A stretch of DNA of 52,657 bases from an uncultured bacterium (GCA_964534375.1 CAZHPN010000016.1:1-52657), one strand, 5' to 3'; shown: positions 17,850-27,735, counted from the stretch's first letter. Notes: a model not told the origin generated them from the sequence alone. Program-made: numbers and translations.

Positions 17850-19139
17850 TCAGTCGCCGAAATGCTTCTTGACGAGCGGGAAGACCTCTTCGGCCGCGTC
17901 GAGCGTCGCCTGGATGTCGGCCTTCGTGTGCGCGGCGGAAAGGAACCAATTGTGGTGCGGATGCAGGAATTGGCCGCGTTGGATCATTTCGGCGCAAAAC
18001 ACCTGCTGCCGCATGAAATTGTTTTCGCAGCCGAAACGCACAAACGGCAGCGCGCCCGGGCCGGTCGCAACCTGGTCGTAGCCGAACGCCTTGCCGCGCT
18101 CGACCAGGCCCTTCATCAGCAGGTCGCCCAGCTCGTTCATCGTTTTCACGCCGTCGATCTTCTCCAGATGATCGAGATTGGCCAGCGCCGCAGCCATCGA
18201 CGCGGTGCTGGTCCAGTACGAGCCGGTCAGGAAAACGTTCGCGGCGGCGGCCTTCATGCTGTTGCGGCCCGCGCCCGCCGACAACGGATAGCCGTTGGCG
18301 ATCGCCTTGCAATAGCACGCCAGGTCGGGCTCGAAGCCGAAATACGCCTGGCTGCCGTGCATGTCGAGCCGGAAGCCGCACCGCACATCGTCGAGGATCA
18401 GCACCGCGCCGTTCTCGTCGCACAGCTTGCGCACGCCCTGCCAGAAGCCGGGCGCCGGCAACTCGGAGTCGGCGAACGACGGGTGGTGGAACGGCGTCAT
18501 GATCACGCCGGCGATCTCGCCCTTGTGCGTGTCGAACAGCGCCTTCAACGTCTCCAGCTTGTTCCACGTGAAATACAGCATGTTGGCGCGGTCTTCTTCC
18601 ACGATGCCGCCGTGGCCGGGTGTGCACCACGGCGCCGCGCCGTGGTATTCGCCCTTCGCCGCCACGATCTTTTTCCGGCCGGTGTGCTCGCGCGCGACCA
18701 GCGTGCACCAGGTCGTGACGTCCGTGCCGTTCTTCGCGAACACGGCCCAGTCGGCCCACGGAATCAGGCCGGTCAGCCGTTCCGCGAGGTTGACCATCAA
18801 CGGCGACGGCAGGTTCAGGCAGTTGCCCTTCCGGTATTCCGCGACGGCGGCGTCATCGACGACGCGATTGCCGTAGCCCGAGACCATCGGGCCATAGGCG
18901 CACAGGTAGTCGACGTACTTGTTGCCGTCGACATCCCAGAAGTAAGCGCCCTCGCCGTGCGCGGCGTAATACGGGAACGAGCCGGGCACGGTGATCGCCG
19001 GGCTCTGATGACCGTAGATGGCGCCGGGGATCACTTCCGCCGCGCGTAAAAACAGCTCTTTGCTTTTCTGGAAGCTCGGCGCGGCGGCGGTTTTCTTCGC
19101 GGGTTTCGTTGCACTGGTCACGGTTTTCTTCGCAGCCAT
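17850..19139 (-). CDS. Class III PLP aminotransferase (GSA-aminomutase-like fold), resembling FumI aminopentol aminotransferase
   Basis: IPGAIYGHQS, DYLCAYGP, FAKNGTD, YHGAAPW, DDVRCGFR, KAIANGYP, TGSYW, HPHHNWFLSAAH. Confidence 0.88.
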   Translation of the reverse strand: MAAKKTVTSATKPAKKTAAAPSFQKSKELFLRAAEVIPGAIYGHQSPAITVPGSFPYYAAHGEGAYFWDVDGNKYVDYLCAYGPMVSGYGNRVVDDAAVAEYRKGNCLNLPSPLMVNLAERLTGLIPWADWAVFAKNGTDVTTWCTLVAREHTGRKKIVAAKGEYHGAAPWCTPGHGGIVEEDRANMLYFTWNKLETLKALFDTHKGEIAGVIMTPFHHPSFADSELPAPGFWQGVRKLCDENGAVLILDDVRCGFRLDMHGSQAYFGFEPDLACYCKAIANGYPLSAGAGRNSMKAAAANVFLTGSYWTSTASMAAALANLDHLEKIDGVKTMNELGDLLMKGLVERGKAFGYDQVATGPGALPFVRFGCENNFMRQQVFCAEMIQRGQFLHPHHNWFLSAAHTKADIQATLDAAEEVFPLVKKHFGD

Positions 19140-19151
19140 GATTTGCCCCTC

Positions 19152-19919
19152 TTACGCCAGGTAAGTTTCGAGTTTGGCCATGATCGCGCTGACGTCGTCC
19201 ACCATCGGAATCAAGCCGCGGACGACGACCTCCTGCTTGCCCAGGGCCGCCATTACGTCGAGCGTGCCGTCCACGAGCTGCGCCGCCACGTGGATGTCGG
19301 CGAAGCTCACTTCCGCCGACGGATCGGCGACCATGCCGTCGCCGGCCAGGAACGTGCCGTTGTTGGCCTTCTTGAAATAGAAGTTCGGGCCGTCGGGCTT
19401 CACGACGAAATTGATCGAGCCGCCCGCGGGAATGTGCTCGGCGAACGTCGCGAAATGCGGATCGCACTCGGCCAGGATCGCCGAACCCCACGTCGCCACC
19501 GCCAGCTTGCAGGTCAGCACCTTGCGCTTCAGGTCGTCGTCGAGCGGCTTGCCCTCGAGTTCCTTGAGGTAGTATTCCATCCGCTTGGCGAGGGCCATGA
19601 AGCCTTTGAGCAGCTTGACGTTCCAGAAGCCGTTGATCAACGGCAGCGTGAAGCCCTTGCCCGCCAGCATGTTGTTGAGCAGAACCGGCAAGGGAAAGAC
19701 GAAGTTGACGTCCGGCTTTACCGCCGCCTGGCGGAACGCCCGGCAGGCGCCGTCGGCGAACTGCAGTTGCATCGCGGGCCCCCCGACGTAGCCGAATTGA
19801 ATGGCCGCGTTCCAGCCCTGGACGATCGCCTGCGCCTCACGGTCGAACTCCACGATTTTGGCCATGACCGGCAGCACCGCGTGCAGGTGCAGCCGCGCCA
19901 GAATCTTTTGTCGGTCCAT
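19152..19919 (-). CDS. Hypothetical protein with probable tandem SCP2 (sterol/lipid carrier) domains
   Basis: SCP2-like C-terminal 'PSAEVSFAD...LVDGTLDVMAALGKQEVVVRG' and a similar N-terminal half; AAGGAG RBS. Confidence 0.65.
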   Translation of the reverse strand: MDRQKILARLHLHAVLPVMAKIVEFDREAQAIVQGWNAAIQFGYVGGPAMQLQFADGACRAFRQAAVKPDVNFVFPLPVLLNNMLAGKGFTLPLINGFWNVKLLKGFMALAKRMEYYLKELEGKPLDDDLKRKVLTCKLAVATWGSAILAECDPHFATFAEHIPAGGSINFVVKPDGPNFYFKKANNGTFLAGDGMVADPSAEVSFADIHVAAQLVDGTLDVMAALGKQEVVVRGLIPMVDDVSAIMAKLETYLA

Positions 19920-20099
19920 TCGCGCCATCTCCTTTGAAGATTTTGTCGATAAACCAGCCTGTACCATCGCAAAAGCGACCGCAAGCTAGCACAAAACGAC
20001 GCACTGCGCCAGAGCCGTTAGTACAAAGGTTGGACCATTTTGAGAGGGCGGAACGTCGAGTTCGGAATGCGGAGTGGGCGCAATGGAAGAAGCGAAATG

Positions 20100-20147
20100 G
20101 CGAAGGCCCCGGCTTCAGGGTGGGTCGGAGACGGCCGGGGCCTTCGC
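20100..20147 (-). terminator. 14-bp stem hairpin downstream of the Spy/CpxP gene, probable terminator
   Basis: GCGAAGGCCCCGGC (20100-20113) / GCCGGGGCCTTCGC (20134-20147). Confidence 0.55.
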
Positions 20148-20188
20148 GAGGAGAGGAGGAATATTTGCCGTAATGACAATCGCCCGTC

Positions 20189-20653
20189 TTACGGCTGAAG
20201 GTCCTCGTGTTCGCCTTGATCGTGCATCATTCGGCCTTGATGTTCGGCATGGAATTTGGCGAGCGCCGCGCGCTGTTCGGCGGTAAGGCTTTGCAGAAAT
20301 TTCGCGCGGGCGTCGACCATGGCGTTGAACGCGGCGTTGACGACGGCCGGCACGGCGCTTTTGACCGTTGACGCGGCCTGGGCAAAGTCCGGTTTGTCCT
20401 TGGCGGTTTCGGCGCTAAAGGTCTGGCCGACGGTCTTCTGCGCGTCGCGCCACGCCATGCGGAAGTTGTGCTGGGCGGCGTGCATCGCGTCCATCAAGGT
20501 TTTTTGGTCGGCCGTGAGATTCAGCGCCTTCGCCATCTGCTCGCCGAACTGCTGGCCGTTGTGTTTGTCCATCCCCGGCCCGGCCCACAACAGGGCCGGC
20601 AATAAGAGTGCGGCCATGGCGAAAACGGCCAAAGTTATGGAAATTCTTTTCAT
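20189..20653 (-). CDS. Spy/CpxP-family periplasmic protein
   Basis: Signal peptide and two LTxxQ motifs (LNLTADQK, SLTAEQR). Confidence 0.85.
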   Translation of the reverse strand: MKRISITLAVFAMAALLLPALLWAGPGMDKHNGQQFGEQMAKALNLTADQKTLMDAMHAAQHNFRMAWRDAQKTVGQTFSAETAKDKPDFAQAASTVKSAVPAVVNAAFNAMVDARAKFLQSLTAEQRAALAKFHAEHQGRMMHDQGEHEDLQP

Positions 20654-20770
20654 TTTCATCCCCTTACGGTTGCGCGGCGACGAACGCCGCCAGTTTCGGA
20701 TCTTCGACCAAACACGGAGAGCTTTGGTTAAATATAATTTTCCGCGGGCGAGGCGCTGAAAAATTCTGAT

Positions 20771-21013
20771 CCCCGGCCGATCACGCGGTCGCGTGATCGG
20801 CCTGCGCCTCCCCGACACTGGGAGGGGCGGCCGGACGCGCCAACCGGCAGGCGGACATGCGTTCAAAAACAGGCGCCTCGATTGCCGCTTCATCAATAAT
20901 GTTAATGCGAATTCGTGAGCCGTGGGGGACCTCTCCGCAACACGGGTCCGCCACGGTCTCCTCTCGCCCCCCCCTGTCGGGGAGGGGCGCGGCCACGCCG
21001 GGCGTGGCCGGGG
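20771..21013. repeat. Two inverted copies of a double-hairpin REP-like element (CCCCGGCC..GGCC..CCTCCCCGAC..GGGG)
   Basis: Plus-strand copy at 20771-20829 includes a perfect 13-bp IR (20775-20802). Minus-strand copy at about 20960-21013. Confidence 0.7.
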
Positions 21014-21152
21014 GAGAGGTCTGCGCGGAAAAAAGATCAGGCAAAAACGCTTTTCGCAGCAGCGCTGCTCTTAATCCTAAAGCCTATGCCGCGTCGGGGA
21101 GGGGTCGGCGCGACGAGTCGCGCATTGAACCGGGATTTATGCAAGAGGCTCG

Positions 21153-22496
21153 TCAGTCCTTCGCTTTCGCCGTCACATAATCCCATTCGGCCATGGCGTT
21201 GCGGAAGCTGCCGACGGCGCCGATCAAATCCGACTTGGCTTGAATATAGGCGAGTTGCGCATCGAGCAGGTCGAGGATCGTGTTCATCCCGAGTTCGACG
21301 CGCTTGGTGATGATGTCCAGATTCGCCTGCGCCGCGACCTCGCCGCGGCGGCCGGCGACCACCTGCTGGTCCGCGCTGTTGAGATTCATCTGCGCGGCAT
21401 GGGCGCGCTGCAGGAACGACCGCTCGAACGAATCGACGCCTTCCCACGTCGCCTGCTGCAACTCGACCGACTGGCCGATGCCGCTGACGGCGCCGCCGCC
21501 CTGGAAAAACGGGATCTGGACCCCGATGCCCATCACCCAACTCGTCTTGCCGTTGGGTTGGAGCTGATCGTTGGTCGTCCAATCGTAGTTGTAGAGGAAG
21601 TTGATCCGCGGCAGGAGCTTGCCGACGGAGCCGACAGTCTGCTGTTTCGCGATATCGTTCGTGGTTTCCATCGCCTTGACCGCCGGATGCGACTTGATCG
21701 GCAACGGCGTTTTCACGCCGGCGAGCGTCGCCTCGCGCACGCGCGTCTCGTCGGCGTCGGTCACCACGAGTTGAATCGCCGGCAGCGTGAGGTCGGCCTC
21801 GACCGCGCCGCCGATCAACGTCGCCAATTGCATTTTGGCCAACGCGTAATTGTTGTCCGCCGCGATCCGCGCGCCGTCGGCTGCGGCCTCCTGCGCCTCG
21901 TAGCGCAACACGTCGCTCTGGGTGGACTGGCCGACCGCGAGGCGGCCGCGGTACAGGCGCAGCGATTCGCGGGCCATGGTGAGCGCTTCGAGCGCCACGC
22001 CGGCGAGCGCGCGCGTCGTGAGCACGCTGTAATAGGCCACCTTCACGTTTTCGATGGTCTGCAGGCGCATGTCTTCGTCGGTCAGGTGCGCGCTGCGACG
22101 GTTGAGGTACGCCGTGTCGATCGTCACCCACTCGCCGATGCCGTTGAAAATCGGCTGCACGACGTTGATCGACTTGGCGAAGTTGTCGCGATACACGGGC
22201 GCCGCCGCACCGGGACTCAACTTGTTCTCGAGTTGCGCCGCGTTCTTGGCCTTGGTGTAGGTGTCCGGGTCGGTGTGCGTCCAGTTTTCGTCGTACGTGG
22301 CGGTCGGCAGCCAGGCGGAAAACGACTTGGCGAAGCCCCAGTTCGACGCCGTCGCCTGATAATCAGTCTGCTTGAGGGCCGGGTTTTGCTGCAGCGCCAA
22401 TTCGATGGCTTTCTCCAGGGTCAATTCCTCGGCTTGCGCGGCCGGCGCGGCCAGGAGCAGCAAAGCCAGGCAGAACCACGCGAGATGTTTCGGCAT
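21153..22496 (-). CDS. TolC-family outer membrane efflux protein
   Basis: Signal peptide, LTLEKAIELALQQNP, two OEP halves (LP..., QPIFNG / IPFFQGG), LDLLDAQ. Confidence 0.92.
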   Translation of the reverse strand: MPKHLAWFCLALLLLAAPAAQAEELTLEKAIELALQQNPALKQTDYQATASNWGFAKSFSAWLPTATYDENWTHTDPDTYTKAKNAAQLENKLSPGAAAPVYRDNFAKSINVVQPIFNGIGEWVTIDTAYLNRRSAHLTDEDMRLQTIENVKVAYYSVLTTRALAGVALEALTMARESLRLYRGRLAVGQSTQSDVLRYEAQEAAADGARIAADNNYALAKMQLATLIGGAVEADLTLPAIQLVVTDADETRVREATLAGVKTPLPIKSHPAVKAMETTNDIAKQQTVGSVGKLLPRINFLYNYDWTTNDQLQPNGKTSWVMGIGVQIPFFQGGGAVSGIGQSVELQQATWEGVDSFERSFLQRAHAAQMNLNSADQQVVAGRRGEVAAQANLDIITKRVELGMNTILDLLDAQLAYIQAKSDLIGAVGSFRNAMAEWDYVTAKAKD

Positions 22497-22699
22497 GCGC
22501 CAATCTCCTCGTCAACGAAATCAAGACCGGGCTGACGTTTGACACGGCAAGACGCCGATTTAGTTAAAAGTAAAAGGCCCGTCGCGGATCGACCGTCAAC
22601 CCCCCGCCGCATATTCGTGCCCACCTGTATGTCCGTCAAGTCGGCTTTCTTGCCCCGGAGCCGGTCGGCGGCAATGTCTTGACGCGGGCGTTTGGCCGT

Positions 22700-24412
22700 T
22701 CATTTCTTTTCGACCGCCGCGCCATCGAGGCGAACGCACCAATCCCGGCAATTTGCATAATCGACGCAATCGGCGGGCTCGGCAATTGTCGGCGGCGGCG
22801 GTGCGTCGGGCGCCGCCCTGAGATTGCGGTAAAGCGCGACGAAGCCGTCCGGAGCCGGCCGCTGAAAAATGCGCAGCCAATGGTCGGGCCGATCCATGTC
22901 GAACACGGCAGCGGCTCGTTCCAATGCCCGATAGTCGGCATAGTGCAACAAGGCCAGATGCGCCCACTGCTGCGCCGTTGCGGCCGCGGCCGCCACGCGG
23001 TCGGCGGCGAGATCGGTGCGGATCATTTGCGTCTGGTTCTGGTCGAACAGCACGCACCACTTGACCGCGTGAAAGGCGACGGCGTCGCGACACCTGCGAT
23101 CGGTCAGCAGCAAAACGTGCAATACGCCCGGCCGCAGCTTGTTCACGGCGAGGCGGCAGAACTCGCGGTCGCCCCAACCGACGCGATCGAGGCGAAACAA
23201 CCCGACGTGCGTGTCGCCGGGATAATGTTCGTATCCGGGAAAGCCCATCACGCGCTCGAGCGCCGGCGGCCGTTCCGTCCACGGCGAACTGGTGAAGCTC
23301 ATGAAGCCAAATTGAAAAAGGCCCCACCCGACCGCCAGACTCGCCATGGCGCGGCGGCTCCGAACCAACGACCGCGCCTCGCGCACCGCGTCGGCCAGAA
23401 TGCCGAGCGCCGCAATTAACGCCAGGAACGGGACCCAGGCAATGGCGTAACGCGCGTGAGCGATTCGCGCTGAGGAAAAATATAAAAACGACGGCGCCGC
23501 GCTGACGAAACCCGCCGCCAGCAACGGCCCAAATCGGGCGCGCAAGTCTCGCACGATCAAAAGCCGCGCCAAGCCGGCCATGGTCAGCGCCGCGAATCCC
23601 CAACCCAACTGCTCCGCGCCGATCAGCCTCAGATAATCACCGGCCAAGCCGCCGAAATCGCGCCACGACGCCGGCAACACGCCGCCGAACTGAAGATGGT
23701 ATTGGTAACCGTGGCGAAAATTGATCATGTACCATGGCCCGGCGAGCGTTGCGGCAATCAAAGCGGCAACGCCGGCGTTCAGCAGCGCGCGGCTGCCGGT
23801 CCCTTTTTCGCGGAGCGCGGCAATCAGCACAACCAGCGCCGGCCCGGCGAGGAAAAGAGCGAACGTCGGCCGCATCAGCATCCCCAGGCCGCAAGCGACA
23901 CCGAACGCTGCCGCCCTTCCTCGCCGCTGGAATCGCTCGGACGCCGGCAGCAACGCCAAGGCCAGCCAGACCATCGCCGCCAGCGGCAGATCGCCCATGT
24001 ATTTCTTCGACATGCCGAACACAATTGGCGAGACGCCGGTCATGAAGACCGTCAAAAGCGCAACGGCCGGCGGTTCGTGCGGGACGAGCCGTCGCACCGC
24101 TGCGTAGACGGCGGCCAAGAGAATCGCGAGGAAAAACTGTTCTGTCAAAATAACTAAATCTTGCTGCCCGAATTCGAAGGAAAGCAGTTGCGTAAGCCCG
24201 CCGAGCGCCAGCCAAATTTCCGGTTTTTTGTCGGTGCGGTCGAGGTGGCAATTGAAGAAACTCTGACGTCCCGTCCAGACTTCCGCGAAGCAGTTGCTCT
24301 GAATTAGAAACCGCCCCGAATCCTGCAAAAAGGGCGTCCGGTCGAGAAACACGCAAATCAGGTTCACCGCGACAAGAACTGCGATCAGGCTGGCTACGAC
24401 CCAGCGCGTCAT
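22700..24412 (-). CDS. ArnT/PMT-like GT-C membrane glycosyltransferase
   Basis: QDSGRF, DKKP, SP..FGMS..Y..DLPLA, GLGMLMR, AGPWY, ARYA. Confidence 0.75.
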   Translation of the reverse strand: MTRWVVASLIAVLVAVNLICVFLDRTPFLQDSGRFLIQSNCFAEVWTGRQSFFNCHLDRTDKKPEIWLALGGLTQLLSFEFGQQDLVILTEQFFLAILLAAVYAAVRRLVPHEPPAVALLTVFMTGVSPIVFGMSKKYMGDLPLAAMVWLALALLPASERFQRRGRAAAFGVACGLGMLMRPTFALFLAGPALVVLIAALREKGTGSRALLNAGVAALIAATLAGPWYMINFRHGYQYHLQFGGVLPASWRDFGGLAGDYLRLIGAEQLGWGFAALTMAGLARLLIVRDLRARFGPLLAAGFVSAAPSFLYFSSARIAHARYAIAWVPFLALIAALGILADAVREARSLVRSRRAMASLAVGWGLFQFGFMSFTSSPWTERPPALERVMGFPGYEHYPGDTHVGLFRLDRVGWGDREFCRLAVNKLRPGVLHVLLLTDRRCRDAVAFHAVKWCVLFDQNQTQMIRTDLAADRVAAAAATAQQWAHLALLHYADYRALERAAAVFDMDRPDHWLRIFQRPAPDGFVALYRNLRAAPDAPPPPTIAEPADCVDYANCRDWCVRLDGAAVEKK

Positions 24413-24639
24413 GGCGACGCGATTCTCGACCGAAAAAGGCGCATTGGATGAGCCTGTCCCGAACGTGGTTGAATGTTCCGAAAACCCGGTTAGTTTCACA
24501 TCAAGGCCGCCGGCCCGTCAAGCTCGCCGCGCCGGGAAGGCCGCGTCCGCGCCGCCGCATGCCTCGCAAGCGATGCCTGCGCCGCGTTGCCCCGTCGTGG
24601 GTTTCGGGTTAGTTTTCTTCGGTCAACGATGGAAGAAAC

Positions 24640-25581
24640 ATGATCCGCTCGGCTCGACGATTTCTTTTGGCCGCGGTCATTGCCTGCGCGGCCGCGGCCT
24701 GCACGTCGACTTCCTGGCCCTACCAAACGGCCGCCTACCGCTTCACGACCGCCGACCCCTCGGCCCTGCTGATCTTCATGCCCAAGCAGGTCCGGCTGTC
24801 GACGCGCAACGCGACGCTCGCCGGGCCGGACGAGATCAACGTGGAAACCGATTATGCGCCGATCGATCTCTCCGAGGTCGCCGCCCGCTGGGGCGCGCCG
24901 CTGGCGCAAACGCTGCACCTCTACCGCGACGCGCCCGTCATCGTCGGCGGCGACGCGGCGCCGTGGAGCAAGACGCTGCGCGACGATCCGCGCCGCTCCG
25001 GCGTGCACAGCTATCGCCTGCTGCTGCCCTACAGCGATGCGCCGCCGCCGCGCAGTCCGCTCGACTGGCCGCCGCCCAACGAGTTGTCGCTGGACGGTCC
25101 GGGCGCGAAACGCTGCCTGATCCGGGTCGAGATCGTCGTCGACAACGCGCCCAAACCCCAGTGGCACGAGTTCGAGCCGCAGGAAATCGCCCGGCATTTC
25201 GAGGCGAAGCAATTGTTTCTCGTCGGCATCGAATCGCTCACCGTTTACGAAACCGGCGGCCGGCCGCAGATCACCGCGCGGCTCGGCGGCCACTTGGTCG
25301 ACTTGCAACGGCCGCTGCTCGCCGCCAGTTTCACACAGGATCTTGAACTCGCCGACGCCGACGGCCCCGCCGGCGTCGAGGCGGCGCTGTGCGGCACGAC
25401 GGCGCAACTGCGCGCCGGCGATTGGCAGGCGCTGCGCCAAAGCCTGCTCGGCCTCGGCGAACGCGTCGGCCATTATGTCGCGCTGAATCTGGGCTGGATC
25501 AACGACGATCGGCTCGCCGAAGCGCAGACGGTTTGGAAGAAAGAAAACAGCGACCGCCTGAAGGCGATCCTCGGTCATTAG
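24640..25581 (+). CDS. Hypothetical lipoprotein
   Basis: Signal peptide ending AAAA-C; coding-like codon usage. Confidence 0.75.
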   Translation: MIRSARRFLLAAVIACAAAACTSTSWPYQTAAYRFTTADPSALLIFMPKQVRLSTRNATLAGPDEINVETDYAPIDLSEVAARWGAPLAQTLHLYRDAPVIVGGDAAPWSKTLRDDPRRSGVHSYRLLLPYSDAPPPRSPLDWPPPNELSLDGPGAKRCLIRVEIVVDNAPKPQWHEFEPQEIARHFEAKQLFLVGIESLTVYETGGRPQITARLGGHLVDLQRPLLAASFTQDLELADADGPAGVEAALCGTTAQLRAGDWQALRQSLLGLGERVGHYVALNLGWINDDRLAEAQTVWKKENSDRLKAILGH

Positions 25582-26915
25582 TTCTTCAGGCGTTGCGCGA
25601 CCCAGGCCAGCGCCTCGTCGACGTGCTCGCGGAAGAAATCGAGATCGTGTTTGCCGGGCCGGACGTGGTCCGCGGGCTCGACGATCATGCCGAGTTTGGT
25701 CGCTTCCTTGTCGAATTCCGGGACCTCGGAATAGATATTGAAATCGTCGCGATCGCCCACGACGTACCAGAAATGCACGCCGGCGAGATTCGGTTTTTCG
25801 TCGCGCAGGCGGTCGAGCGGATTGCGGCGGCGGATGCGCTGCCACATCGCCAGCCCGTCGTTCCAGCGCGGGCCGCCGAGCGCGCCGGCGTCGAAGATCG
25901 GGTAGAGCACGAACCGTTCGACGAACACCCGCCCCTTCAACCCGGGCATGGTCGTCATGCGCCGGTCGGGCACGTTGTCGACCAGCGGCTTGTAGCAGTC
26001 GGGCCGGTAGGGCGCGAGGCGGTCGCCGTTGCAGCTATAGCGCAAATCCAGCGCCGGGTAGAACGCGCCGACGTTCGGGAAGCGCCGCGGCTCGTCGAGC
26101 ATGATGTTCAGCGCCATCGTGCCGCCCATCGAGCCGCCGAGCACGACGGTCTTCGCCGGGTTGTCGCTCAGGCGGTAATGCGCCGTCAGGAAAGGCAGCA
26201 CATCCTGCCAAAAATAATCTTGGTAGCGGCCGATGCTCGAATTGACGCCCCAACTGCCGCTGTTTTCGTCCCAGCGCGAGGCCGGGTTGTCGAGGCCGTC
26301 GCCGCCGAGCGAGAAATCCGGAAAGGCGGTGACCGCCTTGGGCATCTTGCCGCTCGCTTCCGCGGCGTCGAGATAATTGACGAACGCCGCGAACACGTGC
26401 GCCGGCCGCTGGCCGAAGCCGTGCAGCGAAATCACCAGCGGCAACGGCTCTTTCATTTGGTCGTACCCGGCCGGCAGATGCACCAGCAGTTGCCGCGGGC
26501 TCGGAACCAATTGGCTGACCAGACCCGGCCGGCAGCGCACCGCTTTGCCCGAGAACGAGATGGCAAGCGCCGGATCGGCGACCCCGGCGCCCTCGCGGCA
26601 GGAGTACGGCTCGTACGCGTCCAGCCGCCCCGGCCCGTCGTAGACGATCGGATACGACGCCCAGGGAACGAAGCGTTTGCCGGCCGGAACCCAGGCCGGC
26701 TGCGGCCCCTGCGCCGCCGGCCGTCCGACGCGTTCGAGCCGCTTCGCGAGCAGATGCGACCCGAGCGCCAACAGCGCAATGACAACCGCGAGCGGCAGCG
26801 CGCAGCCGAGCAGCAGCCGTCGTTTTCGCGATTTCGGAGGCTTGTGGCTTGGGGCGTCGGGCGGGCCGTCTACGGAACCGGGTTCTATTCCTGAAATCTT
26901 CGTCCCGCCCTGCAT
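25578..26915 (-). CDS. Alpha/beta-hydrolase, putative esterase with N-terminal membrane anchor
   Basis: VHLPAGY, LHGFG, nucleophile elbow GGSMGG, VGDRDD, PGKHD. Confidence 0.85.
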   Translation of the reverse strand: MQGGTKISGIEPGSVDGPPDAPSHKPPKSRKRRLLLGCALPLAVVIALLALGSHLLAKRLERVGRPAAQGPQPAWVPAGKRFVPWASYPIVYDGPGRLDAYEPYSCREGAGVADPALAISFSGKAVRCRPGLVSQLVPSPRQLLVHLPAGYDQMKEPLPLVISLHGFGQRPAHVFAAFVNYLDAAEASGKMPKAVTAFPDFSLGGDGLDNPASRWDENSGSWGVNSSIGRYQDYFWQDVLPFLTAHYRLSDNPAKTVVLGGSMGGTMALNIMLDEPRRFPNVGAFYPALDLRYSCNGDRLAPYRPDCYKPLVDNVPDRRMTTMPGLKGRVFVERFVLYPIFDAGALGGPRWNDGLAMWQRIRRRNPLDRLRDEKPNLAGVHFWYVVGDRDDFNIYSEVPEFDKEATKLGMIVEPADHVRPGKHDLDFFREHVDEALAWVAQRLKN

Positions 26916-26926
26916 GTCGCGTTCGT

Positions 26927-26975
26927 CATTCCGCGTCCGTCATTCCGGATTCGCCATTCGCCATTCCGCATTGCG
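26927..26975. repeat. Heptamer array (CATTCCG/CATTCGC)
   Basis: cattccgcgtccgtcattccggattcgccattcgccattccgcatt. Confidence 0.75.
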
Positions 26976-27479
26976 TCACCCCAGCCGCACGCTCGCCACA
27001 AACGCCGGCACGGTCTTCAGCTTGAAGTAAAGCACCGACTTCGAAACCAGCCGGCCGGTGTCGCGTTCCGAGAGCGTGCCGAAGCACGTGGTGTGCGTGC
27101 GGTGCAGGTTCCAGGGGCGGATATCGATCTTTTCGCCGATGTAGAGGTATTCCGTGCCGTTCGCCTCGAAGGTGAACGTGTAGCGGATCTTTGCCTCGGT
27201 AAAATACAGCAGTTCCAGCGAGCCGACGAACGGGGCGTCGTCGCACAGCCCCTCGATCGTGACCGTGCCGGTCATGTCGTTGTAGAAGAACTTGCCGCTG
27301 ACCGGGTTCATGAACTCGGCGACGTGTTTCGGCCCCCAGATGGCGCGAAATTCCATGAATTTCTGCCCGGGCTCGCCGGCCCCCGGCTCGAATTCGTGCG
27401 TGCCGGTCATCGTTTCGTTCACGAGAAAACCCAGACGGCGCTCGCTGACCATGTTCGTCAAATCGGCAATGCGACCCAT
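26976..27479 (-). CDS. Hypothetical beta-rich protein resembling the 'F.ETM.G' domain seen in some GMC/cholesterol oxidase-associated proteins
   Basis: NETMTG, GTVTIEGL, IRYTFTF, GEKID, TTCFGTL; AGGAG RBS. Confidence 0.7.
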   Translation of the reverse strand: MGRIADLTNMVSERRLGFLVNETMTGTHEFEPGAGEPGQKFMEFRAIWGPKHVAEFMNPVSGKFFYNDMTGTVTIEGLCDDAPFVGSLELLYFTEAKIRYTFTFEANGTEYLYIGEKIDIRPWNLHRTHTTCFGTLSERDTGRLVSKSVLYFKLKTVPAFVASVRLG

Positions 27480-27675
27480 TGGCGGCTCCTGCTTCGTGGT
27501 GCGGGAAAAGGACGGCGAATTATGCGCCGAAACGGCGGGCGGGCGCAAGCGCGTCTTGCGCTCCGACCAGACGACAAAACCCGCCGCGCCCCAGGCGGCG
27601 TGAAGAATGCGAATTCCCGCACTTCAAACGCTCGCCAGGCGACATGCCGGGTCCGGCGCGCGTCGTAAGCGGCGC

Positions 27676-27703
27676 TTGACACTCATTTTTCGGCACGTAT
27701 ACT
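27676..27703 (+). promoter_or_regulatory. Sigma70 promoter of the yceD-rpmF-fab operon
   Basis: TTGACA-16 nt-TATACT. Confidence 0.75.
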
Positions 27704-27735
27704 TCGTCGTCCACTGCCGATTCGAGGCATTTGAA

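Noticed and set aside
17850..19139. hemL (glutamate-1-semialdehyde aminomutase)
   Set aside because: It lacks the HemL signatures PGGVNSP and SGTEA and has IPGAIYGH and KNGTD instead
21037..21090. c-di-GMP-I riboswitch suggested by GGCAAA...AAAGCC
   Set aside because: No GNRA-capped P2 or GACGCAAAGC core, and it is on the wrong strand for the flanking genes
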